Source: Bacteroidia bacterium
GTDB lineage: Bacteria; Bacteroidota; Bacteroidia; Bacteroidales; VadinHA17
NCBI GenBank assembly: GCA_026391595.1
Contig: JAPLDY010000033.1
Location: forward strand, 1 to 57,974
Direction of reading: 5' to 3'
Length of the DNA stretch: 57,974 nucleotides
In this document: one piece after another, positions 26,334 through 34,321 of the stretch
Position numbering within the stretch: position 1 is the first letter of the stretch
How the letters are laid out: every line of letters begins with the position of its first letter
The notes under the pieces: generated by a model
The model's input: the letters and a program-made list of their open reading frames with translations, nothing else
Told to the model about the DNA's origin: nothing
Database searches by the model: none
Made by a program: the position numbers and the translations under genes

Positions 26334-29300
26334 ATGGATTCAGTATGGGCCACCTATCGCCGCTGGAATAATATTGCCGGATGGTTCTTATTCTTGTTGT
26401 CAGCGATGGTTTACACGCTGACAGCCGAACCAACTGTCAGCTTCTGGGACTGCGGAGAATTTATCCTATCAGCCTTCAGGCTTCAGGTGGGGCACCCTCC
26501 TGGAGCGCCGTTATTCCTCATGATGGGGCGAATAGCAACCCTGTTCTCATTTGGTGATGCATCAAAGGCAGCGTTTATGGTCAATTTACTCTCTGCCCTT
26601 TGCAGCGCATTCGCAATAATGTTCCTTTTCTGGACAATAACCCACCTGGTACGCAGGGTATTTACAAGAGACAATCCTTTGGAATCAAGACAAATTCCGG
26701 CAATAATAGCAAGCGGCCTTCTTGGTTCTTTGGCCTATACTTTTTCTGATACCTTCTGGTTTTCAGCTGTTGAGGGCGAACTCTATGCATTGTCATCCCT
26801 TATCCTTGGTCTCGTTTTCTGGGCAATGCTGAAATGGGAAGAAGAGGCAGATGACCCCCATTCAGGAAGATGGATCATCCTTATCGCTTATATCATGGGG
26901 CTCGGCATAGGAGTACACCGTCTTAACCTGCTTGTTATCCCCGTACTTGTCCTTGTTTATTATTTCAGAAAATATGAGGTCACGGCAAAGGGAGTCATCA
27001 AAACTCTTCTACTTGCATTAGTGATCCTGGGATTTATGGTTTTCATTCTTCTGCCGGGAACGCCAAAGGTTGCAGGATGGTTTGAACTTCTTTTTATCAA
27101 TGTACTTGGATTGCCTTACAATACAGGTCTTTACATATTTTTAATTGCATTGATTGCCGGACTGGTATTTGGAATCAGATACTCGCTGAATAAGAATAAG
27201 GCTATTCTGAATTATATATTGACATGTCTTACAGTTATCATGATAGGTTATTCTTCATATGCCATGATAATGATCAGGTCATCTGCCAGGCCGCCGATGA
27301 ATCAGAATAATCCTTCCGACATCTTTTCTCTTGCATACTATATTACTATGCAGCAATACCCGAGCTCGCCGAAATTTCATGGCCCGTACTATAGCGCTCC
27401 TCCGGAAGATGTCAAAAACATTATAGGGGGTTATAATAAGGTTAAAGGAAAATACGAGCCCTGGTACAAACCTGATTACATATACAACGATAACTTTACT
27501 ACTATCTTCCCAAGAATGTACAGTTCCGAACCCCAGCATAAAGCTTCGTATGAATATTGGGGCAAGGTAAAGGGCAGAAAATACTCTGTCACTTCAAGTT
27601 CAGGAAAGGAAACGCTGGTCTGTCCTACATTCGGCGAAAATCTCCGGTTTTTCTTCAGGTATCAGACAAGATTCATGTACCTGCGGTATTTCATGTGGAA
27701 TTTTGCAGGCAGGCAAAACGACATCCAGGGAAATGGTAACACAATGCACGGGAACTGGATAAGCGGAATAAAATTCATTGACAACCTCAGGCTCGGCGAT
27801 CAGGATAATCTGCCGGAAGACCTGAAATCCAATCCGGCCAGAAATACTTATTTCTTTCTACCGTTTCTCATTGGAATACTTGGAATATTATGGCAATACC
27901 GAAAAGACAAGAATGGATTTTACCTGGTATTTGCATTCTTTTTTATGACGGGTATCGCGATAATCCTCTTCCTTAATCAGAATCCTAATCAGCCAAGGGA
28001 ACGTGACTACGCTTATGCAGGTTCCTTCTATGCCTTTGCAGTCTGGATCGGAATAGGATTCATGTACGTTTATGATCTGCTCAGACGTGTTTTCAGCCAT
28101 AAGTTAGCTGCCGCCGTTACCCTTGTTGTTCTTCTGGCAGCCTGTCCTTTGCTTATGTCTGTTCAGAACTGGGACGATCACGACAGATCAGGGCGTTATA
28201 CTGCACGCGACATTGGCTCGAATTATCTTGAATCATGTGCTCCGAACAGCATTCTTTTTACTTATGGAGATAACGACTCATTCCCTGTCTGGTATGTTCA
28301 GGATGTTGAACAGGTCAGGACCGACGTAAGGGTTGCAAACCTGAGTTACATCCAGGCGGGCTGGTATATAGATATGATGAGGCAGAAGGCATTTAAGTCG
28401 GATCCGTTGCCATTTACTCTCGGACCGGAAAAATATATTGAAGGTATCAGAGTGCAGATGCCGGTAAACACTACAGTTACCAAGCCACAAAATATTAAAA
28501 GTGTGCTCTGGTTTCTCGGTCTCGATGACAGGAAAGCCCAAAAGGACATCAGCGGCAGGGGTGATTATGTGAATTTTCTTCCCACCAGCAAACTTATAAT
28601 CGATGTCGATTCAGCATATGTCCTTTCTAATGGTACGGTGAAAGAATATTACAAGAACAGGCTGGTTTCGCCCATGATCTGGGAATATTCCGAATACGAT
28701 GCCTTAAAGGGCGACCTGGCAATTATAGACCTTCTTGCTACAAATGACTGGGAACGGCCAATATATATGTCTACCACGGTTCCGAGCAGCCAGTATAAAG
28801 GTCTTGAAAAATTCTTCATTCAGGAAGGAATGACCTACAGGATTGTCCCGGTAAAGACAGACCAATCAAGTCCGGGTGAGTACGGGATGATAGATCCATA
28901 TGTCATGTATGATAACATGATGAACAAATTCAGGTGGGGTAATGCCGCAGATCCATCAGTATATCTTGATGAGAACAACCGCAGGATGTTCTCCAACTTC
29001 AGAAGGCTTTTCGGAAGCCTGGGCAAGTCTCTGCTCCAGGTGGGCGATACAACCAAAGCTTTAGAGGCTGTTACCAGGGGTCTTGAACTGGTGCCTGTCA
29101 CAAAACTTCCTGATGATTATTTTTCAATCGAACCGGCTGAAGTGATGGTCAGAGCCGGTAAAAAGGAGGATGGCGAGAAAATTTTCATCAGCATTGTTGA
29201 TTATGCAAAGGATCACCTTGAGTATGTGGTAAATGTTAAAAGTAAGGATAAGTTTGACCTTGAAACGGAGATTGCAATAAACATGCAGTCGTTACTTGAC

Positions 29301-29402
29301 ATTTATTACCTGTCGGAAGATCTGAAGCTGCCTGTAGTCAAGAGTGCCGTGGAGCCTGTGATCAACGAATATTACGGAAGGCTCTATCCCAAGAAAAGAT
29401 GA
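26334..29402 (+). CDS. DUF2723-family large membrane glycosyltransferase-like protein
   Basis: 1022 aa. The N-terminal polytopic region with TAEPTVSFWDCGEFILSAFRLQVGHPPGAPLFLMMGR is the DUF2723 signature. Large soluble C-terminal half. Confidence 0.8.
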   Translation: MDSVWATYRRWNNIAGWFLFLLSAMVYTLTAEPTVSFWDCGEFILSAFRLQVGHPPGAPLFLMMGRIATLFSFGDASKAAFMVNLLSALCSAFAIMFLFWTITHLVRRVFTRDNPLESRQIPAIIASGLLGSLAYTFSDTFWFSAVEGELYALSSLILGLVFWAMLKWEEEADDPHSGRWIILIAYIMGLGIGVHRLNLLVIPVLVLVYYFRKYEVTAKGVIKTLLLALVILGFMVFILLPGTPKVAGWFELLFINVLGLPYNTGLYIFLIALIAGLVFGIRYSLNKNKAILNYILTCLTVIMIGYSSYAMIMIRSSARPPMNQNNPSDIFSLAYYITMQQYPSSPKFHGPYYSAPPEDVKNIIGGYNKVKGKYEPWYKPDYIYNDNFTTIFPRMYSSEPQHKASYEYWGKVKGRKYSVTSSSGKETLVCPTFGENLRFFFRYQTRFMYLRYFMWNFAGRQNDIQGNGNTMHGNWISGIKFIDNLRLGDQDNLPEDLKSNPARNTYFFLPFLIGILGILWQYRKDKNGFYLVFAFFFMTGIAIILFLNQNPNQPRERDYAYAGSFYAFAVWIGIGFMYVYDLLRRVFSHKLAAAVTLVVLLAACPLLMSVQNWDDHDRSGRYTARDIGSNYLESCAPNSILFTYGDNDSFPVWYVQDVEQVRTDVRVANLSYIQAGWYIDMMRQKAFKSDPLPFTLGPEKYIEGIRVQMPVNTTVTKPQNIKSVLWFLGLDDRKAQKDISGRGDYVNFLPTSKLIIDVDSAYVLSNGTVKEYYKNRLVSPMIWEYSEYDALKGDLAIIDLLATNDWERPIYMSTTVPSSQYKGLEKFFIQEGMTYRIVPVKTDQSSPGEYGMIDPYVMYDNMMNKFRWGNAADPSVYLDENNRRMFSNFRRLFGSLGKSLLQVGDTTKALEAVTRGLELVPVTKLPDDYFSIEPAEVMVRAGKKEDGEKIFISIVDYAKDHLEYVVNVKSKDKFDLETEIAINMQSLLDIYYLSEDLKLPVVKSAVEPVINEYYGRLYPKKR

Positions 29403-30010
29403 TCATGCGTCTTTTCAGGCCTTTTTTCCCTGCCCGCTGGCTTTTTCAGGAAGCCCTCTTCAGGATGAGGAGTCCTGAAAAAACTGCATGCCTGACTTTT
29501 GATGATGGCCCACATCCTGCATCAACGCCAGAGCTGCTTGATGTTCTCGATACTATGAATGTCAAGGCTCTTTTTTTCTGCAGCGGAAGCCAGGCTGAAA
29601 AATATCCTGAACTGATAAATGAAATAAAGCAAAAGGGACACCTGATCGGCAACCATGGCTATAGCCATCTCAACGGATGGAAAACTTCCGATAAACTCTA
29701 TTGCGAGGATATTGATATTGCATCACAGTTTACATCAGACAATCTGTTTCGTCCTCCATATGGAAGACTCAGCATCAGTCAGTACAACCATCTGAAAAAA
29801 ATATTCAAAATTGTTTTCTGGGATATAATGTCTTATGATTTTGACCAGGGTTTTGGAGCAGACCGATCATTACATTTACTGAACAGAAAAATACGTCCGG
29901 GTACGATAATAGTTCTGCATGATACTCCAGATTCAACATGTAAAGTATTTTTAAAAGATTTTATTGAGAGATCAGTCAGCAAAGGTTATAGATTTTCGTT
30001 GGCTATTTAG
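29399..30010 (+). CDS. polysaccharide deacetylase (NodB homology domain)
   Basis: CLTFDDGPHP, ALFFCSG, IGNHGYSH, IIVLHD. Its start overlaps the preceding gene by 4 nt. Confidence 0.85.
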   Translation: MIMRLFRPFFPARWLFQEALFRMRSPEKTACLTFDDGPHPASTPELLDVLDTMNVKALFFCSGSQAEKYPELINEIKQKGHLIGNHGYSHLNGWKTSDKLYCEDIDIASQFTSDNLFRPPYGRLSISQYNHLKKIFKIVFWDIMSYDFDQGFGADRSLHLLNRKIRPGTIIVLHDTPDSTCKVFLKDFIERSVSKGYRFSLAI

Positions 30011-30022
30011 AATGAAGTGTTA

Positions 30023-30069
30023 ACCACCCCGTCATCCGCCTGCCGGCAGATGACACCCCTCCTTCAAAA
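30023..30069. repeat. GC-rich hairpin module, left part of the composite spacer
   Basis: ACCACCCCGTCATCCGCCTGCCGGCAGATGACACCCCTCCTTCAAAA contains the stem GTCATC/GATGAC. The CCCCTCCTT motif is shared with the 54904 and 54967 repeat units. Confidence 0.55.
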
Positions 30070-30454
30070 CTACTCTTTATACACATCTATGTATTATGTT
30101 GATATATAAGTTTATACTGTGTATTTTTATCCTTTATTTAAGATCAAATATCAGGATTTAGATTCCAAAAGATCCTTTTGCATCCTAATTCTCAGACACC
30201 TCAACTTATGATGATTTGTGAATACATAAGGAGATTCCTCATCCCGAATCCTCGGGATTCGGAATGACATCTAATTATTTAAGTGGGGGGAAGAAGCGGC
30301 GATTCGCATAAGAATAATTCATAATGGGCAATTTAACCAGTGCGAATCGCCGCTTCTTCCCCAATATTACCCTTATTCAAATGTCATTCCGAGGCGAAGC
30401 CGAGGAATCTCCTGCCTTGTCAACCATTTCCATAAAGATGTGTATAAAGAGTAG
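30070..30454. mobile_element. 385-bp non-coding MITE-like element with perfect 19-bp terminal inverted repeats and a 9-bp target-site duplication
   Basis: CTACTCTTTATACACATCT (30070-30088) is the exact reverse complement of AGATGTGTATAAAGAGTAG (30436-30454). Direct repeats CCTTCAAAA lie immediately outside, at 30061-30069 and 30455-30463. There is no ORF inside. Confidence 0.7.
30230..30412. repeat. 183-bp long imperfect palindrome nested inside the MITE-like element
   Basis: Three arm pairs: GGAGATTCCTC/GAGGAATCTCC (30230/30402), GGAATGACAT/ATGTCATTCC (30261/30381), and a perfect 22-bp pair GGGGAAGAAGCGGCGATTCGCA/TGCGAATCGCCGCTTCTTCCCC (30287-30308/30341-30362). Confidence 0.8.
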
Positions 30455-30500
30455 CCTTCAAAAAGTAGAGGAAAGTATTATTATACAATAAAATAACTTT

Positions 30501-30574
30501 CTCCTCCTCCTCGGAGGAGAGCCTGTCCCACACAGCGGGAAGTACTCCCGACTTGTCGGGAGGGAGGTGGTGTC
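30501..30574. repeat. copy of the GC-rich repeat family (core AGAGCCTGTCCCACACAGCGGGA)
   Basis: CTCCTCCTCCTCGGAGGAGAGCCTGTCCCACACAGCGGGAAGTACTCCCGACTTGTCGGGAGGGAGGTGGTGT. The core at 30518-30540 matches the cores at 54917, 54980, 22032 (rc) and 55420 (rc). There is an extra hairpin CTCCCGA-CTTG-TCGGGAG. Confidence 0.65.
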
Positions 30575-30607
30575 AATTGAATTCATCCAAAGTAATATTT
30601 TTCCGGT

Positions 30608-30637
30608 TTTGTTTTTCAGATTGAAGTGTTACATTTG
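30608..30637 (+). promoter_or_regulatory. Bacteroidetes-type promoter for purD (-33 TTTG, -7 TACATTTG)
   Basis: TTTG at 30608-30611 and TACATTTG at 30630-30637, with an 18-nt spacer. The ATG is at 30659. Confidence 0.6.
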
Positions 30638-30658
30638 AAATAATATAAATCCTCTTAA

Positions 30659-31936
30659 ATGAACATTCTTGTCCTGGGTTCGGGAGGCAGGGAACATGCC
30701 ATTGTTTGGAAACTTGCCCAAAGCAAAAAGATAACAAGAATATTTATCGGACCCGGCAATGCCGGAACTTCGACACTTGGAACAAACCTTCCGGTTGATC
30801 CTGAAGATTTTCAGGCAGTGAAGAAAGCTGTCCTTGAACACCATATAAACATGGTAGTTGTAGGTCCGGAAGCCCCTCTTGCTGCCGGGATCCATGATTT
30901 CTTCATGAGTGATGATTCTCTTAAAAATATTGCTGTAATTGGTCCGGACAGATCAGCCGCACGGCTGGAAGGCAGCAAGGATTTTGCAAAATCTTTCCTG
31001 GTCCGTCATAATATCCCTACTGCGGCATATAAAAGTTTTGATAGTTCGAATATCGACCAGTCACTCGTATTCCTGAAATCACTCAGGCCTCCGTATGTTA
31101 TTAAAGCTGATGGTCTTGCAGCAGGCAAAGGAGTGATTATCCTCGATGATCTTGATTCTGCATTTCAGGAAGTTAAGGCAATGCTCGACGGAAAGTTCGG
31201 TGCAGCCGGGCAAAAGGTTGTAATAGAACAATTCCTTAAAGGTGTGGAACTGTCTGTTTTTATAATTACTGATGGCCGTTCGTGGAAGCTTCTTCCTGAA
31301 GCAAAAGATTATAAAAGGATCGGTGCAAAAGATACAGGGTTGAACACTGGCGGAATGGGCGCCATTTCTCCTGTACCATTTGCAGATCACATCTTTATGG
31401 GGAAGGTAATTAATAGAATAATCGAACCTACCATGCATGGACTAGCCGCGGACAGGATCGTTTACAAAGGATTCATCTTCTTTGGTCTTATCAATGTGGA
31501 GGGAGATCCTTATGTAATTGAATATAACGCCCGTCTGGGAGATCCCGAATCGGAAGTTATCATCCCCAGGATCAAATCAGACCTTTTTGATCTCCTTGAA
31601 GGAGTTGCAGAGGGGAACCTTGCAGAGAAAAATCTTGAAACCGATAACAGGTTCGTAACAACGGTAATGCTGGCATCAGGGGGCTACCCAGGTCATTATA
31701 ATAAGGGAAAAGAGATTTCCGGACTGGACCAGACAGATGATTGTGTCGTTTTTCATGCAGGAACAAGATTGTCTGATGGCAAGGTTATTACATCAGGAGG
31801 ACGGGTACTTGCAGTCAGCGCATGGGGTAAGACAATGCAGGAAGCGCTTGATGGATCATACAGAAATGCCAGAAAAATATCATTTGAAAAGATTTATTTC
31901 AGGCCTGATATAGGGTTTGATCTCAAGCTTAAATAA
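30659..31936 (+). CDS. purD: phosphoribosylamine--glycine ligase
   Basis: MNILVLGSGGREHAIVWKL, VVVGPEAPL, ADGLAAGKGV, GPKVIEYNARLGDPE-like (YVIEYNARLGDPESEV), GGRVLAV. Confidence 0.95.
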   Translation: MNILVLGSGGREHAIVWKLAQSKKITRIFIGPGNAGTSTLGTNLPVDPEDFQAVKKAVLEHHINMVVVGPEAPLAAGIHDFFMSDDSLKNIAVIGPDRSAARLEGSKDFAKSFLVRHNIPTAAYKSFDSSNIDQSLVFLKSLRPPYVIKADGLAAGKGVIILDDLDSAFQEVKAMLDGKFGAAGQKVVIEQFLKGVELSVFIITDGRSWKLLPEAKDYKRIGAKDTGLNTGGMGAISPVPFADHIFMGKVINRIIEPTMHGLAADRIVYKGFIFFGLINVEGDPYVIEYNARLGDPESEVIIPRIKSDLFDLLEGVAEGNLAEKNLETDNRFVTTVMLASGGYPGHYNKGKEISGLDQTDDCVVFHAGTRLSDGKVITSGGRVLAVSAWGKTMQEALDGSYRNARKISFEKIYFRPDIGFDLKLK

Positions 31937-32928
31937 TGTTAAGGATTTTCAAAGGAACCGGTCCGGGGGTCATACTTTTGATTATAATGGCTCTTGCAGC
32001 TCTGTGGATAAGTGCTTTCCACGATCCTCAGCTGCCGTCACATGCCATTTATGAAACCCGACCGATGCCTCTATATGCTATTCTGAAGTTACTGACAGGA
32101 AATACTCCTCTCCCGGGGGTCATTTTATCTTTTGTGATTCTCTCACTGATGCTTTTTCTGATGGTTCATTTCAATACATCAGTATTCTTTATCAACGAGA
32201 GAACTTTTCTTCCGGCAACAATCTATCTCTTATTCAGTGCACTTTTCCCTCAATGTCAGGTTCTCAACCCCGTTCTTCCGGCAGGAGTTTTCCTGATGCT
32301 TGCAATAATGAGAATAATGGATTCCTACAGGAAACCGGGAGTTGCCTATAATTATTATGATGCCGGTATTCTGATTGGTACAGGGAGTCTTTTTTATACA
32401 AACCTTATCTGGTTCGGACTCCTGTTATTCATTGGTATTGCCCTGCTCCGGACAGGAAGCATAAAAGAGATTGCGATCTCAATCCTTGGTCTGATAACCC
32501 CCTACCTTGTTACGCTCGGATTATATTATGTTCTTGGCAAAGATCTGATGCTATTCCTTACTGATATACGGGAGAATCTTTTTGGCTATTCAGCAGGATA
32601 CCATTTTACGCGGCTGACAGTAGCTACGATTATATATATTGGATTAGCGCTTGTTTTCAGCATTATTTTCCTGATGATGGGAATAAATTCAAAAAAGATA
32701 AAAACGCGGAAGACTTTTTCACTCCTGCTATATGGCTTCTTTCTTTCGGTAATCCTTTATTTCGCTCTTCCGACCGTATCGGCAGAAATCGTATGGATAA
32801 CAGCATTACCCGCCAGTTATTTTCTGGCACACTATTTTGTATTTGCTAAAAAGAAACTGGTGCCTGAGATTATTTTTTCAGGACTTTTCCTTCTGATCCT
32901 GCTGATACAGATATTATATATTTTTTAG
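31936..32928 (+). CDS. polytopic membrane protein, unknown function
   Basis: 330 aa with about 9 hydrophobic segments. Its start overlaps the purD stop by 1 nt (TAATG). Confidence 0.7.
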   Translation: MLRIFKGTGPGVILLIIMALAALWISAFHDPQLPSHAIYETRPMPLYAILKLLTGNTPLPGVILSFVILSLMLFLMVHFNTSVFFINERTFLPATIYLLFSALFPQCQVLNPVLPAGVFLMLAIMRIMDSYRKPGVAYNYYDAGILIGTGSLFYTNLIWFGLLLFIGIALLRTGSIKEIAISILGLITPYLVTLGLYYVLGKDLMLFLTDIRENLFGYSAGYHFTRLTVATIIYIGLALVFSIIFLMMGINSKKIKTRKTFSLLLYGFFLSVILYFALPTVSAEIVWITALPASYFLAHYFVFAKKKLVPEIIFSGLFLLILLIQILYIF

Positions 32929-32933
32929 GCAGG

Positions 32934-33383
32934 TCATTTTACCATCGAAATAACACCAACGCCGGATCCCTGCTGGCCATCCTTGAAATCATAGTTGAGC
33001 TGATAAATTCCACTCCTGTTGCATACCAGATCTACCGATTTATAAGTTTTACCTGTCTTTGGATCAAAAGAAGAAAGAACGACTTGATTAGCGTCATTTT
33101 TTACGGTAAGGATAAGCTCTCCCTTCGAATCATCTGCCGTGCACATAGAGAACTTGTACTTTGTATTTTTCCATAGTGACATCTGTGTTTTGTATCGCAG
33201 TTCACCTGCTGCCGGAGCTTTTGAAAGCTGTATCCTGAAGTCTTTAAGGTATTTACAGTTTGGTCCTGCATTCATAACACAGGTGTTTACAAGCTGATCT
33301 GTACCTTGTCCCTGTAAGATGAGACCTGCTGAAAGCATGACTAATAATAAGATAAAATATTTTTTCATACTAATTATTTGCAA
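32934..33383 (-). CDS. small secreted protein, unknown function
   Basis: 149 aa with signal peptide MKKYFILLLVMLSAGLILQG. Its start overlaps the upstream gene by 14 nt. Confidence 0.65.
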   Translation of the reverse strand: MQIISMKKYFILLLVMLSAGLILQGQGTDQLVNTCVMNAGPNCKYLKDFRIQLSKAPAAGELRYKTQMSLWKNTKYKFSMCTADDSKGELILTVKNDANQVVLSSFDPKTGKTYKSVDLVCNRSGIYQLNYDFKDGQQGSGVGVISMVK

Positions 33384-34284
33384 TTAGCTTATTTCTGATG
33401 TTTTTTGTGATATCAATTATCCCTGCCAGTTGTTCATCTGTCATTTCAACAACGCTTGTTTCAGTTTGTTCAACCACAAGAGCTCCGTCGACCTCCCTGC
33501 TCACGGGTTCACCGAGAGTATAAGTAATTCTTATATCCCGGTATTTCTCCTTTATATCCTGGAGGTCTTTGCAAAGAACTCCGAATTCTGTGTCCCGGCT
33601 GCAATATGGATCTGCGAGCATAATCAGATCATTAAGTATGATCTTCTGTTCTCCGATACGGTCTCTCAGCACAGGATCAGGGTACTCAGTCATTACCTGG
33701 GTTGCCAGGTATTGTCCTTCTATCCACACTCCAATTATCATAAGTGCAGATAGCTGACCGCGATCATTTTCGCGAAGGTATTTGTCGATCTGGGTATATG
33801 AGTCAATCGACAGGAATAGGAGCGAATCGAGATTGGATTTATTAAGTGAAAGCCTTTTAATAGTTTCAAAATCAAAAAATTGTCCGACTCTTATACCTTC
33901 TGCAAGTTTCCTGATGGAGGAAAGGATGTCAATTGATGAACCGGTCTTTTCATACATGTTCAGATAGCCCAGATCAGCGCCCAGAATGCCAAGGGTGAAT
34001 GCCTTTTCAAAAAGAGTAGTCTGCCTGTTGGCATCAATGGATGAGGCCAGGTAGTCCGGGGAAAAAGGAACTGCCAGTGACTGAAGCAGATTTGCGATTT
34101 CTACAGGAGAGGATATGTTCTTGGCTATCTCCTCGATTGCTTCGGTGCTTAATTTTTCGGCTTCTCCGACAGGAACAGAATCAGCCTCAGGGAAAACAAA
34201 CTGAGAATTATTGTTCGATGAATTCCTGCATGAGAAACATACAAACGCAAAAACTAATAATATAAGAAAAGATCTTCCTTTCAT
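33370..34284 (-). CDS. secreted/lipoprotein, unknown function
   Basis: 304 aa with signal plus Cys (LVFAFVCFSC). Lies directly downstream of the ABC gene on the same strand. Confidence 0.65.
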   Translation of the reverse strand: MKGRSFLILLVFAFVCFSCRNSSNNNSQFVFPEADSVPVGEAEKLSTEAIEEIAKNISSPVEIANLLQSLAVPFSPDYLASSIDANRQTTLFEKAFTLGILGADLGYLNMYEKTGSSIDILSSIRKLAEGIRVGQFFDFETIKRLSLNKSNLDSLLFLSIDSYTQIDKYLRENDRGQLSALMIIGVWIEGQYLATQVMTEYPDPVLRDRIGEQKIILNDLIMLADPYCSRDTEFGVLCKDLQDIKEKYRDIRITYTLGEPVSREVDGALVVEQTETSVVEMTDEQLAGIIDITKNIRNKLIANN

Positions 34285-34321
34285 CAGGATGACAGGTTGA
34301 TTTATGCAAAAATATAAAAAA

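Noticed and set aside
30011-30658. Riboswitch (for example ZTP or purine) in the long purD upstream region
   Set aside because: The region resolves completely into inverted and direct repeats with duplication footprints. The promoter boxes sit only ~25-50 nt from the ATG, leaving no room for an aptamer plus expression platform. No conserved riboswitch core motifs were recognised.
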